Shown: positions 9,806-20,105 of the stretch, piece after piece
How positions within the stretch are numbered: the stretch's first letter is position 1
How the letters are laid out: every line of letters starts with the position of its first letter
Virus record (IMG/VR): IMGVR_UViG_3300037424_001533
Span: 1-38,053 of that record
Origin: a virus
Taxonomy: Duplodnaviria; Caudoviricetes
DNA length: 38,053 nucleotides
Strand: one strand, 5' to 3'
Made by a program: the position numbers and the translations under genes
The notes under the pieces: model-generated
What the model was told of the DNA's origin: nothing
Seen by the model: the letters and a program-made list of their open reading frames with translations, nothing else
Database searches by the model: none

Positions 9806-10657
9806 ATGCCATTCGCTGATGGTAAACTTAGACTATCACATAGTTATGGATCACATTATGTTGACTTAACCATACCTGAATATGGTTACAAGTCTATAAT
9901 TGATTTACCTTTTGATATTGACACTCTGGATACTGGATTAAAAACCATGTATGCTTATGATAACACACTTGACAAATATCGTTGTGATTGTGATTTGATA
10001 TTAGATGAAAATGATATGACTTTATTTAATGAATTTATGAAAACCAGTGGTAAAGGAAGAGCAGAAAACGATAGTGTCATTGATATGAATACAGGTTCTG
10101 GTTTCTTTCCATTTACCCCATTGCGTGGTGATGTTGGACCTTTTACAGTTGCTGTTATAATTAATAATACTGAAAAGATCCAAGAAAGCCCGTTTCGATA
10201 TTTTAAAGTAGCAATTTCTATTTTTAACCAAAGCACTTTCCCAGCGTTTGCACTACCCGCTGAAATTAATGAAGGTAGTTTGTCAATAGGTACTGTTGAT
10301 AATATACGTTTCCCGGAAAGTTATTTTGATCCAGATGAAAATAATGGAATGGTTTATAATATAACAGAAAATGGAACATTAAATTTTATTGACAGAGGAA
10401 GAGTTGCTTCATCTTGGAGAACTGGAATTAATTTATCTTGTGGTACTGGTAAAACGGCAGCTATTCTAAGCTATCTTATAGGTATACGTGATGGTCAATT
10501 TTTGCTATCAACACAACCCTACCATTATGCTTTTGGTCGAGATAAGCAAACGTCGGGGGAATATACCGTAAGTTTAATTCAGGATCAAATATCAATTATC
10601 AATTCTGCTTTTAATAAGTTTGAGTTTGGCTTAAACGTACAATACATATCAGGATAA
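9806..10657 (+). CDS. Putative distal tail protein
   Basis: Directly follows the tape measure gene; beta-rich. Confidence 0.5.
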   Translation: MPFADGKLRLSHSYGSHYVDLTIPEYGYKSIIDLPFDIDTLDTGLKTMYAYDNTLDKYRCDCDLILDENDMTLFNEFMKTSGKGRAENDSVIDMNTGSGFFPFTPLRGDVGPFTVAVIINNTEKIQESPFRYFKVAISIFNQSTFPAFALPAEINEGSLSIGTVDNIRFPESYFDPDENNGMVYNITENGTLNFIDRGRVASSWRTGINLSCGTGKTAAILSYLIGIRDGQFLLSTQPYHYAFGRDKQTSGEYTVSLIQDQISIINSAFNKFEFGLNVQYISG

Positions 10658-10660
10658 ACA

Positions 10661-13600
10661 ATGTCAACATCTACTGTTTATGGTGTTAGAATAAAGCTAA
10701 ATGACCGAAGCCTTCCAGTTACAATGGATAGTGATATAGGTCTTTACAATAGGATATTTAATCTAACAACAAGTATCCCGAAAGATGTGACTACAATTAA
10801 TGTTGCAACGCTATCACTTAATTTACTTGATTATGATGAAAGGCATGTCGTTACCATACGTGATGCTGCTAATTCTGAATCAAATATTATTACAAATGTT
10901 AGTTCTACCACTGGGATAGTTGGTCTTCTTTGGCCCACTACACAAGCTTATAATGTGTCAGCCACCGGAAGAGTACAAGCTGACTCAGTTTTTCAATTGA
11001 TCCAAAATGACATTACAGGATTAACTGAAAGCTGGAAAAGTGGTATTTTAATGGAGAATGGCATTGATTCATTTTCACGTAAGATAGATTTAAAACGAAT
11101 GGGAAATATTGCGATTCCGGGAAATACCAAAATTGAAGTTAAAAATACAAATAGATTTCAAAATAAAATGTCACAACGTGGTGTATTTTTTAATGGACTT
11201 GTGGCACGTATTTTTAAATTCTCAAGCAATGAAAGTATGTCAGTAAAGGCTTCCCAGTGGTTGGGAGAATGTGAAAAACCAACATGGACAACCAAGCGTT
11301 TTAAGATTCCTGTTCATGGAATTTATAATAAGCGAATAGCAAATCCCGGTATACTTATTAGTAATGATGCAACAAGCGGAAACTTTAAGTTAGCCGGTGA
11401 TGATCGAAATGGTGAAATGATTCCTATAACGCTGGGAGAAATGTTTCCTATTACGGGATCACTTAACCGATATGCAAAGTTAATTCGGACAAGTGAAAAA
11501 CAAACTGTTTATACAAATTATAAAGATGCTTCAAACTATTGTATTCCAAGTGGTGCTAATGTATTTCCGTTAGTGGCTTATGGTGATGATGTTACTGAAG
11601 CACATCTTGTTTATAAAATACAATTCGGGTCAAGTGTAATTGGTGCATTTACATCGGATTTATCAGAAAAATATATTCAAGTTGTGGTTGGCGGTGCATC
11701 TGATGGAACAATGTTTACTGGTAAGTATCGCAAGATAGTTAAGCATGCTTCATTAGCTGGAAATGCAACAAGTGGTTCTCCCATTATCACTGGTATATCA
11801 GATACAAAAGATATTGTCGTAGGAACAAAAGTTTTTTGCAGTAATGGTTTTGTTAGTGAATCTTTTGATTTGACTGTATTATCAAAAACAGCAACAACTA
11901 TAACCGTTGATGCTAATGCGGATGCCACTGTTGGTTTAACTGTTGTGCAAGGTTATTATTTTATTGGAACTGGTCTTACTGCCTTGGTTGTTCTTGAAAG
12001 CTTTTTTGAGAAAGACTTGGTGGTAAACGCGGCCGCAACAGCAGATTATAATGCTTGGGTTCAAATTGTTAATATACCTTTTGAGTATAATGCCGAAACT
12101 GTTGCATGTAAGGGGTTTGTTGATGAAGATGGGGATGCAATTGTAAATACTGATTATCCAAGATTAGCCGTACATACGGATGCAGCGGGGTTTGCCCCTA
12201 TTTCTAATTACGGATATAAGTCAATCATTGATTCTTTAAAGAATAAAATATCAATTAATTTGGAAATGTTTGATGGAAGCCCAGATCAATTAATATCATT
12301 TGACATTTTTCCCCTTAAAAATCTGACTAAATTTGTTGCTCCTAATTTGGATTTATGGGAGGAAGCGACACTTATATCTCAAGATTCAGTTGAAAATATA
12401 TATGCTGTTGTTGAATCACCATTAACAATTAACTCAAATCTATTTGAAAATGTTCCTTCATCAAATTCAATTCCAGCTTTTGATAAAGATGATGCAACAG
12501 AAAAACGAGCAACGCTTAATGCTACTAAGATAAGTGGACTTAATTTACTTGCAGCAATTGCTTTTGAGTGTGAAATAGATTTATCAAAAATATTAATTGA
12601 ATATTCTAATTATTATTTAGGTATCAAACTTGAATCACATATTAGTAAGGAAAATTATGGTTTTCAGAATACTTATGTTAAACTCAAATATCGACGTTTT
12701 ATGGGATTTTCATACTATATATTATCAAACACTTTAGGCGCAAAATATTGTGATGATGGTACTCTTGGTGGAAAAATAGATAATCTACCTGATTTTTATT
12801 TTTTAAATAGAACATGCCCCGATAGTAATAAGGCATTTAGATTTAATCCAACTGTTGTGGATCAAATGAGAGCAATTTTTGGATACACTAATTTTCAATT
12901 AATTGAAATAACCAATATCAATCAATTAAAATCTATTTATAAAATTGGATTAATTTTATATCCTATGGGAGACCAAGTAACGGCTACACCATTTGAACAT
13001 CTTATAAAAATTTATGAACTTTCATTAATTTGTAAATCTGTTGCTTCAATAGCTAATGAATTATACGGAAAATTTTCTGGTAGAATTTTTAATAATACTT
13101 GGGGTTCCCGTAAAACATGGAACTCCCTAATTTCAAATCCAGTTGACGTTCTTGAATTATTCTGTCGTTTACAACAAGGCAGTGAAAATGATTTTACAGA
13201 CGCACTTGGGTGGGGTAAGTCTTATTGGAAAAATGCTTTGATCAAAACAGCTGGTGATGGTAGTTTTGATGATACAACGGATGCTAACTTTGTTGCCCTT
13301 AAATCTATGAATGTGTCCGGTCAAATTTTAAATTATGATGATGCGTGGACTAACATTGTCAAGCGCAAACTATGCTACCAATTTGGAATGGCAAACTGGA
13401 TAGATAAAGATGGCAATGAATGTGTCAAGTCTATTCGCAAAGCAACTCTTTCTCCAGCGGATACAATAACCATTAATGACATCGTTGATCGATCTTCAAT
13501 ACAAATTATTGAACCCGACTCTGGGGATATTTATACTGAGCCTTTTGTTCGGTATAATAAAAATATGGCTACAGGAAATTTTGATTCTATAATTAAAATG

Positions 13601-14110
13601 ACAAATGTTGATTTTGAAAATCCAACAGCGGCACAAAAACTTTCTTTTGTAATAGGTTGCCAAAGTCAAGCTACTGCCGTTTATGTGTATGATCGTTGTG
13701 TCAACTTAATGAAACGGGTTCACGCAACAGAACCGCCTCCCAGTGATATGACCGATCTCGATTTTGTGTATGACTATGATACTGCAATGCAACACTTGAT
13801 TGACTGGTGTGACTGGATGTACAATCCTGAAATTGAATTAAGAACTTCCGCAACAAAGGTTGATGGTTGGGAAGAATGTCATCGTTTTAAAATTCAATTA
13901 CCACATCATACCGGAAATGTATTGATTGAATGCATCCTTGAAGATATAACCATTAACCCAAATGGGGAACATGAGGCCGATATAAAGGCTATTATGTTTT
14001 CAGATACAATACCTGATGGGTTTAGCTTTCAGGATTCACTGGAGATAATTGGTCAACTATGGCAAGACACCTTGATTAATACTAATCCTGGAAAGCAGGG
14101 AGTATTATAA
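10661..14110 (+). CDS. Large tail tip/baseplate hub protein
   Basis: 1149 aa; position in the tail module. Confidence 0.55.
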   Translation: MSTSTVYGVRIKLNDRSLPVTMDSDIGLYNRIFNLTTSIPKDVTTINVATLSLNLLDYDERHVVTIRDAANSESNIITNVSSTTGIVGLLWPTTQAYNVSATGRVQADSVFQLIQNDITGLTESWKSGILMENGIDSFSRKIDLKRMGNIAIPGNTKIEVKNTNRFQNKMSQRGVFFNGLVARIFKFSSNESMSVKASQWLGECEKPTWTTKRFKIPVHGIYNKRIANPGILISNDATSGNFKLAGDDRNGEMIPITLGEMFPITGSLNRYAKLIRTSEKQTVYTNYKDASNYCIPSGANVFPLVAYGDDVTEAHLVYKIQFGSSVIGAFTSDLSEKYIQVVVGGASDGTMFTGKYRKIVKHASLAGNATSGSPIITGISDTKDIVVGTKVFCSNGFVSESFDLTVLSKTATTITVDANADATVGLTVVQGYYFIGTGLTALVVLESFFEKDLVVNAAATADYNAWVQIVNIPFEYNAETVACKGFVDEDGDAIVNTDYPRLAVHTDAAGFAPISNYGYKSIIDSLKNKISINLEMFDGSPDQLISFDIFPLKNLTKFVAPNLDLWEEATLISQDSVENIYAVVESPLTINSNLFENVPSSNSIPAFDKDDATEKRATLNATKISGLNLLAAIAFECEIDLSKILIEYSNYYLGIKLESHISKENYGFQNTYVKLKYRRFMGFSYYILSNTLGAKYCDDGTLGGKIDNLPDFYFLNRTCPDSNKAFRFNPTVVDQMRAIFGYTNFQLIEITNINQLKSIYKIGLILYPMGDQVTATPFEHLIKIYELSLICKSVASIANELYGKFSGRIFNNTWGSRKTWNSLISNPVDVLELFCRLQQGSENDFTDALGWGKSYWKNALIKTAGDGSFDDTTDANFVALKSMNVSGQILNYDDAWTNIVKRKLCYQFGMANWIDKDGNECVKSIRKATLSPADTITINDIVDRSSIQIIEPDSGDIYTEPFVRYNKNMATGNFDSIIKMTNVDFENPTAAQKLSFVIGCQSQATAVYVYDRCVNLMKRVHATEPPPSDMTDLDFVYDYDTAMQHLIDWCDWMYNPEIELRTSATKVDGWEECHRFKIQLPHHTGNVLIECILEDITINPNGEHEADIKAIMFSDTIPDGFSFQDSLEIIGQLWQDTLINTNPGKQGVL

Positions 14111-14424
14111 TGGCACATGATAATATATACAATCAAGCTGGTGCGGCAAAAATTTATTTTACGACGGCAAATCAAACTGATGCAATTCTCGCAGATGATA
14201 TGGGCCCATGTAAAATTGCCCCAGCGACAGATACAGGATTGCTTTCGTATACAGACCATCTTGGTGTGAGAAGAATATGTGTTGCGCCTGTAAATGGTGT
14301 GACTAAAATAAGTGAACATTATGGATTGTTTGAAATAACTGAAGATGGGAATGTTCGACTTGGTATAAAAATTACAGCAGACGGAGGATTAACATGGACC
14401 GATACAGGAATGCGTTTACTTTAA
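14110..14424 (+). CDS. Hypothetical protein (tail module)
   Basis: TAATG coupling to the previous gene. Confidence 0.6.
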   Translation: MAHDNIYNQAGAAKIYFTTANQTDAILADDMGPCKIAPATDTGLLSYTDHLGVRRICVAPVNGVTKISEHYGLFEITEDGNVRLGIKITADGGLTWTDTGMRLL

Positions 14425-17171
14425 TTTTGTTATTTATATTTATGGTCAGTAGTTATGAAATGACTACTGATTCTATAAAAATGTTAAAGTCATCAGCGGC
14501 AACGGCTGCGTCGGATTCTTTTCTCGTTCAGCAACAAGGTAAAATTAAAAGGCGAACTAAAGCACAAGTACTTATAGATATTGAGGCACTTGGTTTACAC
14601 GCAACTGCCGACTCCGCCGCAAAAGCCTATCCTACTTCCCGCGCAACGGGTGATCTATCCGGCCAGTACCCAGCTCCGAAGGTGACAAAGATCAACACAG
14701 ACACGGTTCCTGGTCACGCGGTGGGGGCGTTATATTGGACGGGAGCGGCGCTGGCGTGGAAGGACAGCGTACACAAATCCGATACGGCCTTATGTGTTGA
14801 CAATCGCTATTTACCGAGGGTCAACGTTTCCGGCACGACAAATTACCTTGCCAAATTTACCGGAGTTGATACGCTGGGAGTCAGTCAATTTTTTGACAAC
14901 ACGACAAATCCGAGGGTAGGCGCGTCGGCATCTTCGAGTTTTTTTACAATCGGGGGCACATGCTATATAACAGGGTTGACTAAAATCAACGATAGCACAG
15001 TATCAGTTAAGGGGATTTCAGCGCCGATTATGACCGCGACGCGGTTTCAGGGTACGGCCGATAGCGCGACAAAAGCATATCCCACATCGGCGGCCGGAGG
15101 TGGTCTGGGCGGCTCGTATCCTAACCCTACAGTTGACGGAATGACAGGCGGGATAGCCGACAGTTCCCTCGACGCTGGCAAGTGGGCTGGGCGTGATTGG
15201 GGTAGTGTTGTAGATACAGCAAGGGGCGCAAATCTTCTTGACGGCTTACATTCGTCTGCATTTCTTTTGCTCCATGCCAAGGCCGACTCATCGGTCAAAG
15301 CCGACACAGCCCTAAACGCCCGCAATCACGGCGTGACCGTCGGTACTCTCCCGGTCGCTGCGGCAGGGGCGGCGTGGGGGCCGAGCTTGCTGAGTCAGAG
15401 CGGAGCAACATTGTCTTTTGCCGGAAATTTACAAACAGACGGATTAACGCGGTACATGGGATTTGCATATCCAGGATATACAACAACGTGGCTTGGTGGT
15501 TTTTATTTTGACTTAGGGAGCAGGGTTGTTAACATAAATGCGTTTTCGGATGTTGACGACCAGACCATAACAATTTCCGGCGGCTCTCTCGGCTCTCCAA
15601 AGATACGAATGATAATGCGCGGTGGGTATTCTGGTACGGCTGAATATGCGGGCAACATTGGGTTTGGCCCTACTACAATCGGTGAGTTGCAAAACGCAAT
15701 GATAACAGTCCAGCGCAGTGGAAACGGACCAACCAGTGGTAGCGGTTGGCCAGGAATACGGTTTTTAAATCCACTTGTGACAAAGGGAGATGGCGCGACA
15801 ACATTCAATTTTTCAGGGATGAAATTTGAGTCTGGAAATGGGATAGTTACGGGTTATTTTTTAACTCAATATGATGATGTTCGCAGTGGGTTTTTATTAG
15901 GCACATCCTCAAATCATCCTGCTTACATTGGTACAAATAATACCATACGACTCACGATAGGAGCAGACGGCACGTATACGTTTGCACCCCTCGGCACAGG
16001 CCGCCCGTTGTTGACAAGTGGGGTAATGTCCCTTGCCGCCCTGACCGCTGCGGAAATGGCGGCGCTGTTTACGAGCAATACGACAAACAAAATCGCCATT
16101 ATGTCGGGCACGAATACAATTGGAAACTCCCTGCACCTTGCGGAAAATGCGGCGGGGGTAGGCATCGGCACGACTGCGCCGGACGTAATAAACGGTATCA
16201 CGATAGCATCTCAAAAAATACTGAATTTGTATAATGCGGCCGACGTTGCACGCATAGCAATACAGGGCACCGCTGCTATAATCGACCTGGTTGATATAGA
16301 TGCAGCTGCACATTGTAAACACATGCAAATTAATACGGAAAGCAACGTCACAAAATTTCGGTCAATTGACGATGCTGGAGGGGTGCAGGCAGACAATATT
16401 TTATGCATAAAACACAATACGGGCCTCTTCGGCATCGGTACGACAGCGCCAGGTGCAAAGAACGAAATCGCGTCCGCATCTGCAATAACTCAAATTATCT
16501 CAGGCTATACGCAAACTCCCAAAATACAATTCCAGCGTAGCGGATCGGCAACTATTGGAACGCTCGTGGCTACCAGCGACCAGGACACGCTTGGCGGAAT
16601 GACAGCGTATGGTGTAAATGTTACCGATGATACACGGCTTAACGCGGGTGGAATTATCAATCGACAAATAGGAACCGTTGCATCATCCGGCGTAAAATCG
16701 CAATGGGAAATTCTGGCAAGAGGTGGACAAGGGCAACCGGACGGAACAGTGCTTGTAAAAAGTGATACAATTGACGCAACGCAAGCTTTAAATATCGGCG
16801 GAGGTCTTTATAGTGGCGGCGGATTCTCTTTTTTTCCACCCGAAGATTTTGATAATTGGGTAAGAGGTAACAATACAAACCGAACCTGGTTTGCCGGTGG
16901 TAGTTTTTATGTAATAACCGGAGATTCCGTCAGATTAATAGAGGCACAACAGGCCGACACTTCGGTTACATTGCTAAACGATATAAAATTCAAGGGCGGG
17001 CATACAACGACTCCACCAACATCGGCACAAATGGCTACAGGAGGTGGAGTTTATCAGGTTTATAGAGGTACTGCTGTTCCGGCAATTGATACGCTTTTGG
17101 CAAAACCGGCCGGATGGGTCAAGATTGTAATAAGTGGCCAAAATTACAAAATACCGTATTATCTCGAATAG
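14394..17171 (+). CDS. Tail fibre/adhesin-like protein with hydrophobic N-terminus
   Basis: RBS GGAGG; Gly/Thr/Ala-rich; two GIGTTAP motifs; internal repeat ADSAxKAYPTS..G.L.G.YP.P.V. Confidence 0.65.
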   Translation: MDRYRNAFTLILLFIFMVSSYEMTTDSIKMLKSSAATAASDSFLVQQQGKIKRRTKAQVLIDIEALGLHATADSAAKAYPTSRATGDLSGQYPAPKVTKINTDTVPGHAVGALYWTGAALAWKDSVHKSDTALCVDNRYLPRVNVSGTTNYLAKFTGVDTLGVSQFFDNTTNPRVGASASSSFFTIGGTCYITGLTKINDSTVSVKGISAPIMTATRFQGTADSATKAYPTSAAGGGLGGSYPNPTVDGMTGGIADSSLDAGKWAGRDWGSVVDTARGANLLDGLHSSAFLLLHAKADSSVKADTALNARNHGVTVGTLPVAAAGAAWGPSLLSQSGATLSFAGNLQTDGLTRYMGFAYPGYTTTWLGGFYFDLGSRVVNINAFSDVDDQTITISGGSLGSPKIRMIMRGGYSGTAEYAGNIGFGPTTIGELQNAMITVQRSGNGPTSGSGWPGIRFLNPLVTKGDGATTFNFSGMKFESGNGIVTGYFLTQYDDVRSGFLLGTSSNHPAYIGTNNTIRLTIGADGTYTFAPLGTGRPLLTSGVMSLAALTAAEMAALFTSNTTNKIAIMSGTNTIGNSLHLAENAAGVGIGTTAPDVINGITIASQKILNLYNAADVARIAIQGTAAIIDLVDIDAAAHCKHMQINTESNVTKFRSIDDAGGVQADNILCIKHNTGLFGIGTTAPGAKNEIASASAITQIISGYTQTPKIQFQRSGSATIGTLVATSDQDTLGGMTAYGVNVTDDTRLNAGGIINRQIGTVASSGVKSQWEILARGGQGQPDGTVLVKSDTIDATQALNIGGGLYSGGGFSFFPPEDFDNWVRGNNTNRTWFAGGSFYVITGDSVRLIEAQQADTSVTLLNDIKFKGGHTTTPPTSAQMATGGGVYQVYRGTAVPAIDTLLAKPAGWVKIVISGQNYKIPYYLE

Positions 17172-17182
17172 AAAGGTCTTTC

Positions 17183-17467
17183 ATGAAATCACTTCTTCTT
17201 GTTTTTGCAATCACGGCGTTCTCGTTTTCACAGATCGGCAAGAATGACAAACTGGACCATATTAAATTCAACGCCGACAGCACAAAGATAAAAGCGTTTT
17301 ACATCCACTATCCCGCAGGGCCATTTATGGGGGGTGGGGCGGATTCGATGTACCCGTATGTCAACATATACAAAATCAAAACGGGGAAGATCGTTCTGGA
17401 CACGATGAAAATCGGAGCATACGTGCCGCAAAAAGTAGTGCCTGACTCAATGAAATGGGTGGAATAA
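17183..17467 (+). CDS. Hypothetical protein with predicted signal peptide
   Basis: RBS GAAAGG then MKSLLLVFAITAFSFSQ. Confidence 0.6.
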   Translation: MKSLLLVFAITAFSFSQIGKNDKLDHIKFNADSTKIKAFYIHYPAGPFMGGGADSMYPYVNIYKIKTGKIVLDTMKIGAYVPQKVVPDSMKWVE

Positions 17468-17469
17468 TC

Positions 17470-17700
17470 ATGGCTGGCAGTGAAAGCGTCAGGGAAGAAA
17501 AACTGGATCAATTGCGAGAAACCACGGGCGCGGCAGGTGAATCAATAGCCGATATGTGCGGCGTATGCGCGCAACGAGAAAGAAACATAGGGTTGATTAA
17601 TGTTCGTATGGACTCGTTCGACGAACGCCTTTCAAAGTTGGAAAAAACGCGGGATGAAAAGCTTGACCTGATTATTGACATGCTGAAAAGGATGATATGA
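17470..17700 (+). CDS. Hypothetical coiled-coil protein
   Basis: Tightly packed ORF with ATGA overlap to the next gene; start inferred. Confidence 0.55.
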   Translation: MAGSESVREEKLDQLRETTGAAGESIADMCGVCAQRERNIGLINVRMDSFDERLSKLEKTRDEKLDLIIDMLKRMI

Positions 17701-17975
17701 AATTACAATCATGGGTATTATCAATTCTTGGGACCGTTATGGCGGCAGCTATTATCGGCGGTGGTAGCATGATAATCAATGCAAATTCAGAAATAAAATC
17801 CCTAAAAGTTACCGATAAATATTACGACGCACAGATGATAAATTTTAAAGTAGACACAAAGGCGGACATAAAAGAGGTGAAGGACCTTGTAAAAGAACTT
17901 AGAACTGAAATCAGACAAGACAACGATGAAATTAAGAAGATGATTGAACAAAGAAACGAAAGGCGGCCAAGATGA
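17697..17975 (+). CDS. Membrane-anchored coiled-coil protein (holin/lysis-associated candidate)
   Basis: One N-terminal hydrophobic helix, directly before the endolysin. Confidence 0.5.
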   Translation: MKLQSWVLSILGTVMAAAIIGGGSMIINANSEIKSLKVTDKYYDAQMINFKVDTKADIKEVKDLVKELRTEIRQDNDEIKKMIEQRNERRPR

Positions 17976-18325
17976 AATTAATCAATCATCAATTTGCTTT
18001 CATCCGAGACATTGCAAAGCTCTATAATTTTGTCGAAAATTCCGGCGATATGTGTACGCTCGGATGGGGATTTAGAACAACTGAAATGCAGGCGCTTTTT
18101 GTTAAAACCGGACTGTCAAAAACGATGAATAGCAACCACCCGAAACGGCTCGCGCAAGATTTGAATTTCTTCGTCAAAGGTGTTTTGACATATAAGAAAG
18201 AAGATTTGCAGCGGTATGGCGATTACTGGGAAAGTCTTTCGCCCGAGAACAGGTGGGGCGGAAATTTTAAAGACTCAAAAGGGGAACCGTTTGAAGACAC
18301 GGATCATTTTGAAAGGAACGCATGA
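17972..18325 (+). CDS. Endolysin, peptidase M15 family
   Basis: R...Q, SNHxxxLAQD, WGGNF and DTDHFE zinc-peptidase motifs. Confidence 0.85.
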   Translation: MKLINHQFAFIRDIAKLYNFVENSGDMCTLGWGFRTTEMQALFVKTGLSKTMNSNHPKRLAQDLNFFVKGVLTYKKEDLQRYGDYWESLSPENRWGGNFKDSKGEPFEDTDHFERNA

Positions 18326-18469
18326 ATGGACATTGATCTCGAATATCATCTTGCGAAACGGCGCAAGGAAATAAAAAAGCTCAAAATAGTAAAGCAGGAT
18401 TTTGAGACGTTGAAAGCGTTGAATGAAAAAACTGAGAAACAATTCAAAAACGACGGCGATGACGATTAA
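18326..18469 (+). CDS. Small hypothetical protein (47 aa, not in ORF track)
   Basis: MDIDLEYHLAKRRKE...DGDDD; AAGGA upstream; fills the gap between genes. Confidence 0.5.
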   Translation: MDIDLEYHLAKRRKEIKKLKIVKQDFETLKALNEKTEKQFKNDGDDD

Positions 18470-18491
18470 ACCTTAACAAAGGAGTGACGGT

Positions 18492-18704
18492 ATGATTAAA
18501 GCAATTTTCGGGCAGATTTTCAATGGTCAGAAATTGAACACTGGCCTGGTCATGGTTGCGGCGGTTTTTGTTTTGCAACAGCTCGGCCTTGACCATAGCG
18601 CGGCAGTGCAGACAGCATCCGCAATCATGGCGGGGATCGGCGGCGTGTGGGCGCTAATAGGTTTGATCCATAAATATATCAAGGGGATCAAAACCGCAAA
18701 ATAA
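18492..18704 (+). CDS. Putative holin (two TM helices)
   Basis: RBS AAGGAG; two hydrophobic segments and a basic C-terminus; near the endolysin. Confidence 0.6.
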   Translation: MIKAIFGQIFNGQKLNTGLVMVAAVFVLQQLGLDHSAAVQTASAIMAGIGGVWALIGLIHKYIKGIKTAK

Positions 18705-18776
18705 CCATTTTCCCAACATCAACACCATGGCCAAGTGGCACCGGCCTCGCGGTCCGGACTTTCCGCGCAATTCAAC

Positions 18777-18808
18777 AAGGCTGCTCAATCGAGCGGCCTT
18801 TTTATTTT
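18777..18808 (+). terminator. Rho-independent terminator of the late operon
   Basis: AAGGCTGCTC-aatc-GAGCGGCCTT followed by a T run, at the point where the two arms converge. Confidence 0.75.
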
Positions 18809-18985
18809 CAAGGGATGAAAAATAAGATGTGCCGGAAAATATCGCGCCCACCTATTCCGAGAAAAATGCAGAGCCACACCAACAAAGCGGAAATTATCAT
18901 GCTTGGAATTATCACGACGAGGCATGCGTGGAAGATCAGATAAAATCCGTTTACATGCCACCACAATTCAATCCGTATTCTGCGC

Positions 18986-19339
18986 TTACTTTTTCGATAG
19001 GACATTTGTATCCTCGTGTATCTTTTGCCACAAATCGCCGTTGCAGTTTGACCAACCACAACCACGAATGCAATTTTTGTAATCGCCACAAGTTAAGCAC
19101 GAACGATGAATTTCTTGCCCTTGCGCTGTTGTGGGTTTAAGCTCACCATCTACGCCCGCGAGTTTGGCCGCTTCCGCTGATTCTTGCGCGGCAATTTTAT
19201 TGTTAATGTCTTCCTCATACATAATTGACATGGTAATTCCAGCAATACTTGCAATGTCACTATTTGAAATATCACTTAGCGTGCACATTTCTCTTACTTT
19301 GTTAATAATCGCTATTGCGAGTTCGTCAACTGTTTTCAT
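18986..19339 (-). CDS. Cassette 10 hypothetical protein (117 aa, Cys-rich C-terminus)
   Basis: RBS AAGGAG before ATG at 19339 (MKTVDELA). Confidence 0.65.
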   Translation of the reverse strand: MKTVDELAIAIINKVREMCTLSDISNSDIASIAGITMSIMYEEDINNKIAAQESAEAAKLAGVDGELKPTTAQGQEIHRSCLTCGDYKNCIRGCGWSNCNGDLWQKIHEDTNVLSKK

Positions 19340-19380
19340 TTTTTTACTCCTTGCCACACTATTATCAGCGGCCAAATTAC

Positions 19381-19451
19381 CCACAACGTTGATGCATGGT
19401 GAAGTTGCGTTTCGCAATTTGCGTGTACACACCACCATGCATTTGTTGTAC
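19381..19451 (-). repeat. attC-like site (end of cassette 9)
   Basis: + strand: CCACAAC gttg ATGCATGGTG ... CACCATGCAT tt GTTGTAC. Confidence 0.8.
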
Positions 19452-19465
19452 GCACGTAAACCGAA

Positions 19466-19666
19466 TTACCGCTGTTTAAAACCGCGCATTCTTTTCTGAT
19501 TTTTGCCACGCTGATTATTTTTACGAGCACGCATGATCGATCCCATGTCGAAATCTCCCCCGTACATTTGCGGTGAACCAAAAACCGGAACGGCCAACCC
19601 GCTTTTCTTTGCCGTTCCAACTGCTGCCAGCATTAACGCTGCGCGTACCAACCCTGCTATTTTCAT
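19466..19666 (-). CDS. Cassette 9 hypothetical basic protein
   Basis: RBS AGGAGGAG; 66 aa. Confidence 0.65.
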   Translation of the reverse strand: MKIAGLVRAALMLAAVGTAKKSGLAVPVFGSPQMYGGDFDMGSIMRARKNNQRGKNQKRMRGFKQR

Positions 19667-19713
19667 TTTCTCCTCCTGCGCGGTTTACAATGTGAAAAAT
19701 TTGGTTTATTGTG

Positions 19714-19867
19714 TCGCAACGCGTGCGATTATGCGCAGTTCGGCTCTTTGGCCGAATTGAGGCGCATTAGTAAGTTGTCAACAGATTCTGCCCCTATGGT
19801 AAAATGATGCTCTTGACACCACCGAATTACCGTGTTGAATTGCGCCGTAGCATAGCGGCTGTTGGTG
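19714..19867 (-). repeat. attC-like site, long (end of cassette 8)
   Basis: TCGCAAC..ATGC GCAGTTCGGC ... GTTGAATTGCGC..GCATAGCGGC t GTTGGTG; imperfect pairing. Confidence 0.65.
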
Positions 19868-20043
19868 GACGGTTGCTTGCCTTTTATTTCGGAGGCGCGG
19901 AACACTATGTCGTCAAGAAAAAAATGCCTCTTGCAATATTTACCAATGCCCGCACATCCTGTATTATCGTTAATTTTAGTATATCTCCGCCTGAGACTAC
20001 GCAAATAAAATTGTTCGCCTACTACCAAATTTTTAAATAACAT
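19729..20043 (-). CDS. Cassette 8 hypothetical protein
   Basis: AGGGGG before ATG at 20043 (MLFKNL). Confidence 0.6.
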   Translation of the reverse strand: MLFKNLVVGEQFYLRSLRRRYTKINDNTGCAGIGKYCKRHFFLDDIVFRASEIKGKQPSTNSRYATAQFNTVIRWCQEHHFTIGAESVDNLLMRLNSAKEPNCA

Positions 20044-20105
20044 CGCGCCCCCTATATTCAACTGGCAATGTACACCAACGACCGGTAATGGTTCACCGGC
20101 ATTTA

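Noticed and set aside
14410-14450. Frameshift creating an MRLLLILLFIF signal peptide
   Set aside because: The ATG at 14394 has a good GGAGG RBS and already gives an intact frame, so no frameshift is needed.
14394-17171. Diversity-generating retroelement or invertible fibre system
   Set aside because: No reverse transcriptase or invertase was seen, and the internal repeat differs at many non-adenine positions.
18808-19140. ORFs 18808..19089 (-) and 18829..19140 (+) as an eleventh cassette
   Set aside because: Both overlap the cassette 10 gene, lack a clear RBS, and have no bounding AAC/GTT pair that I could find.
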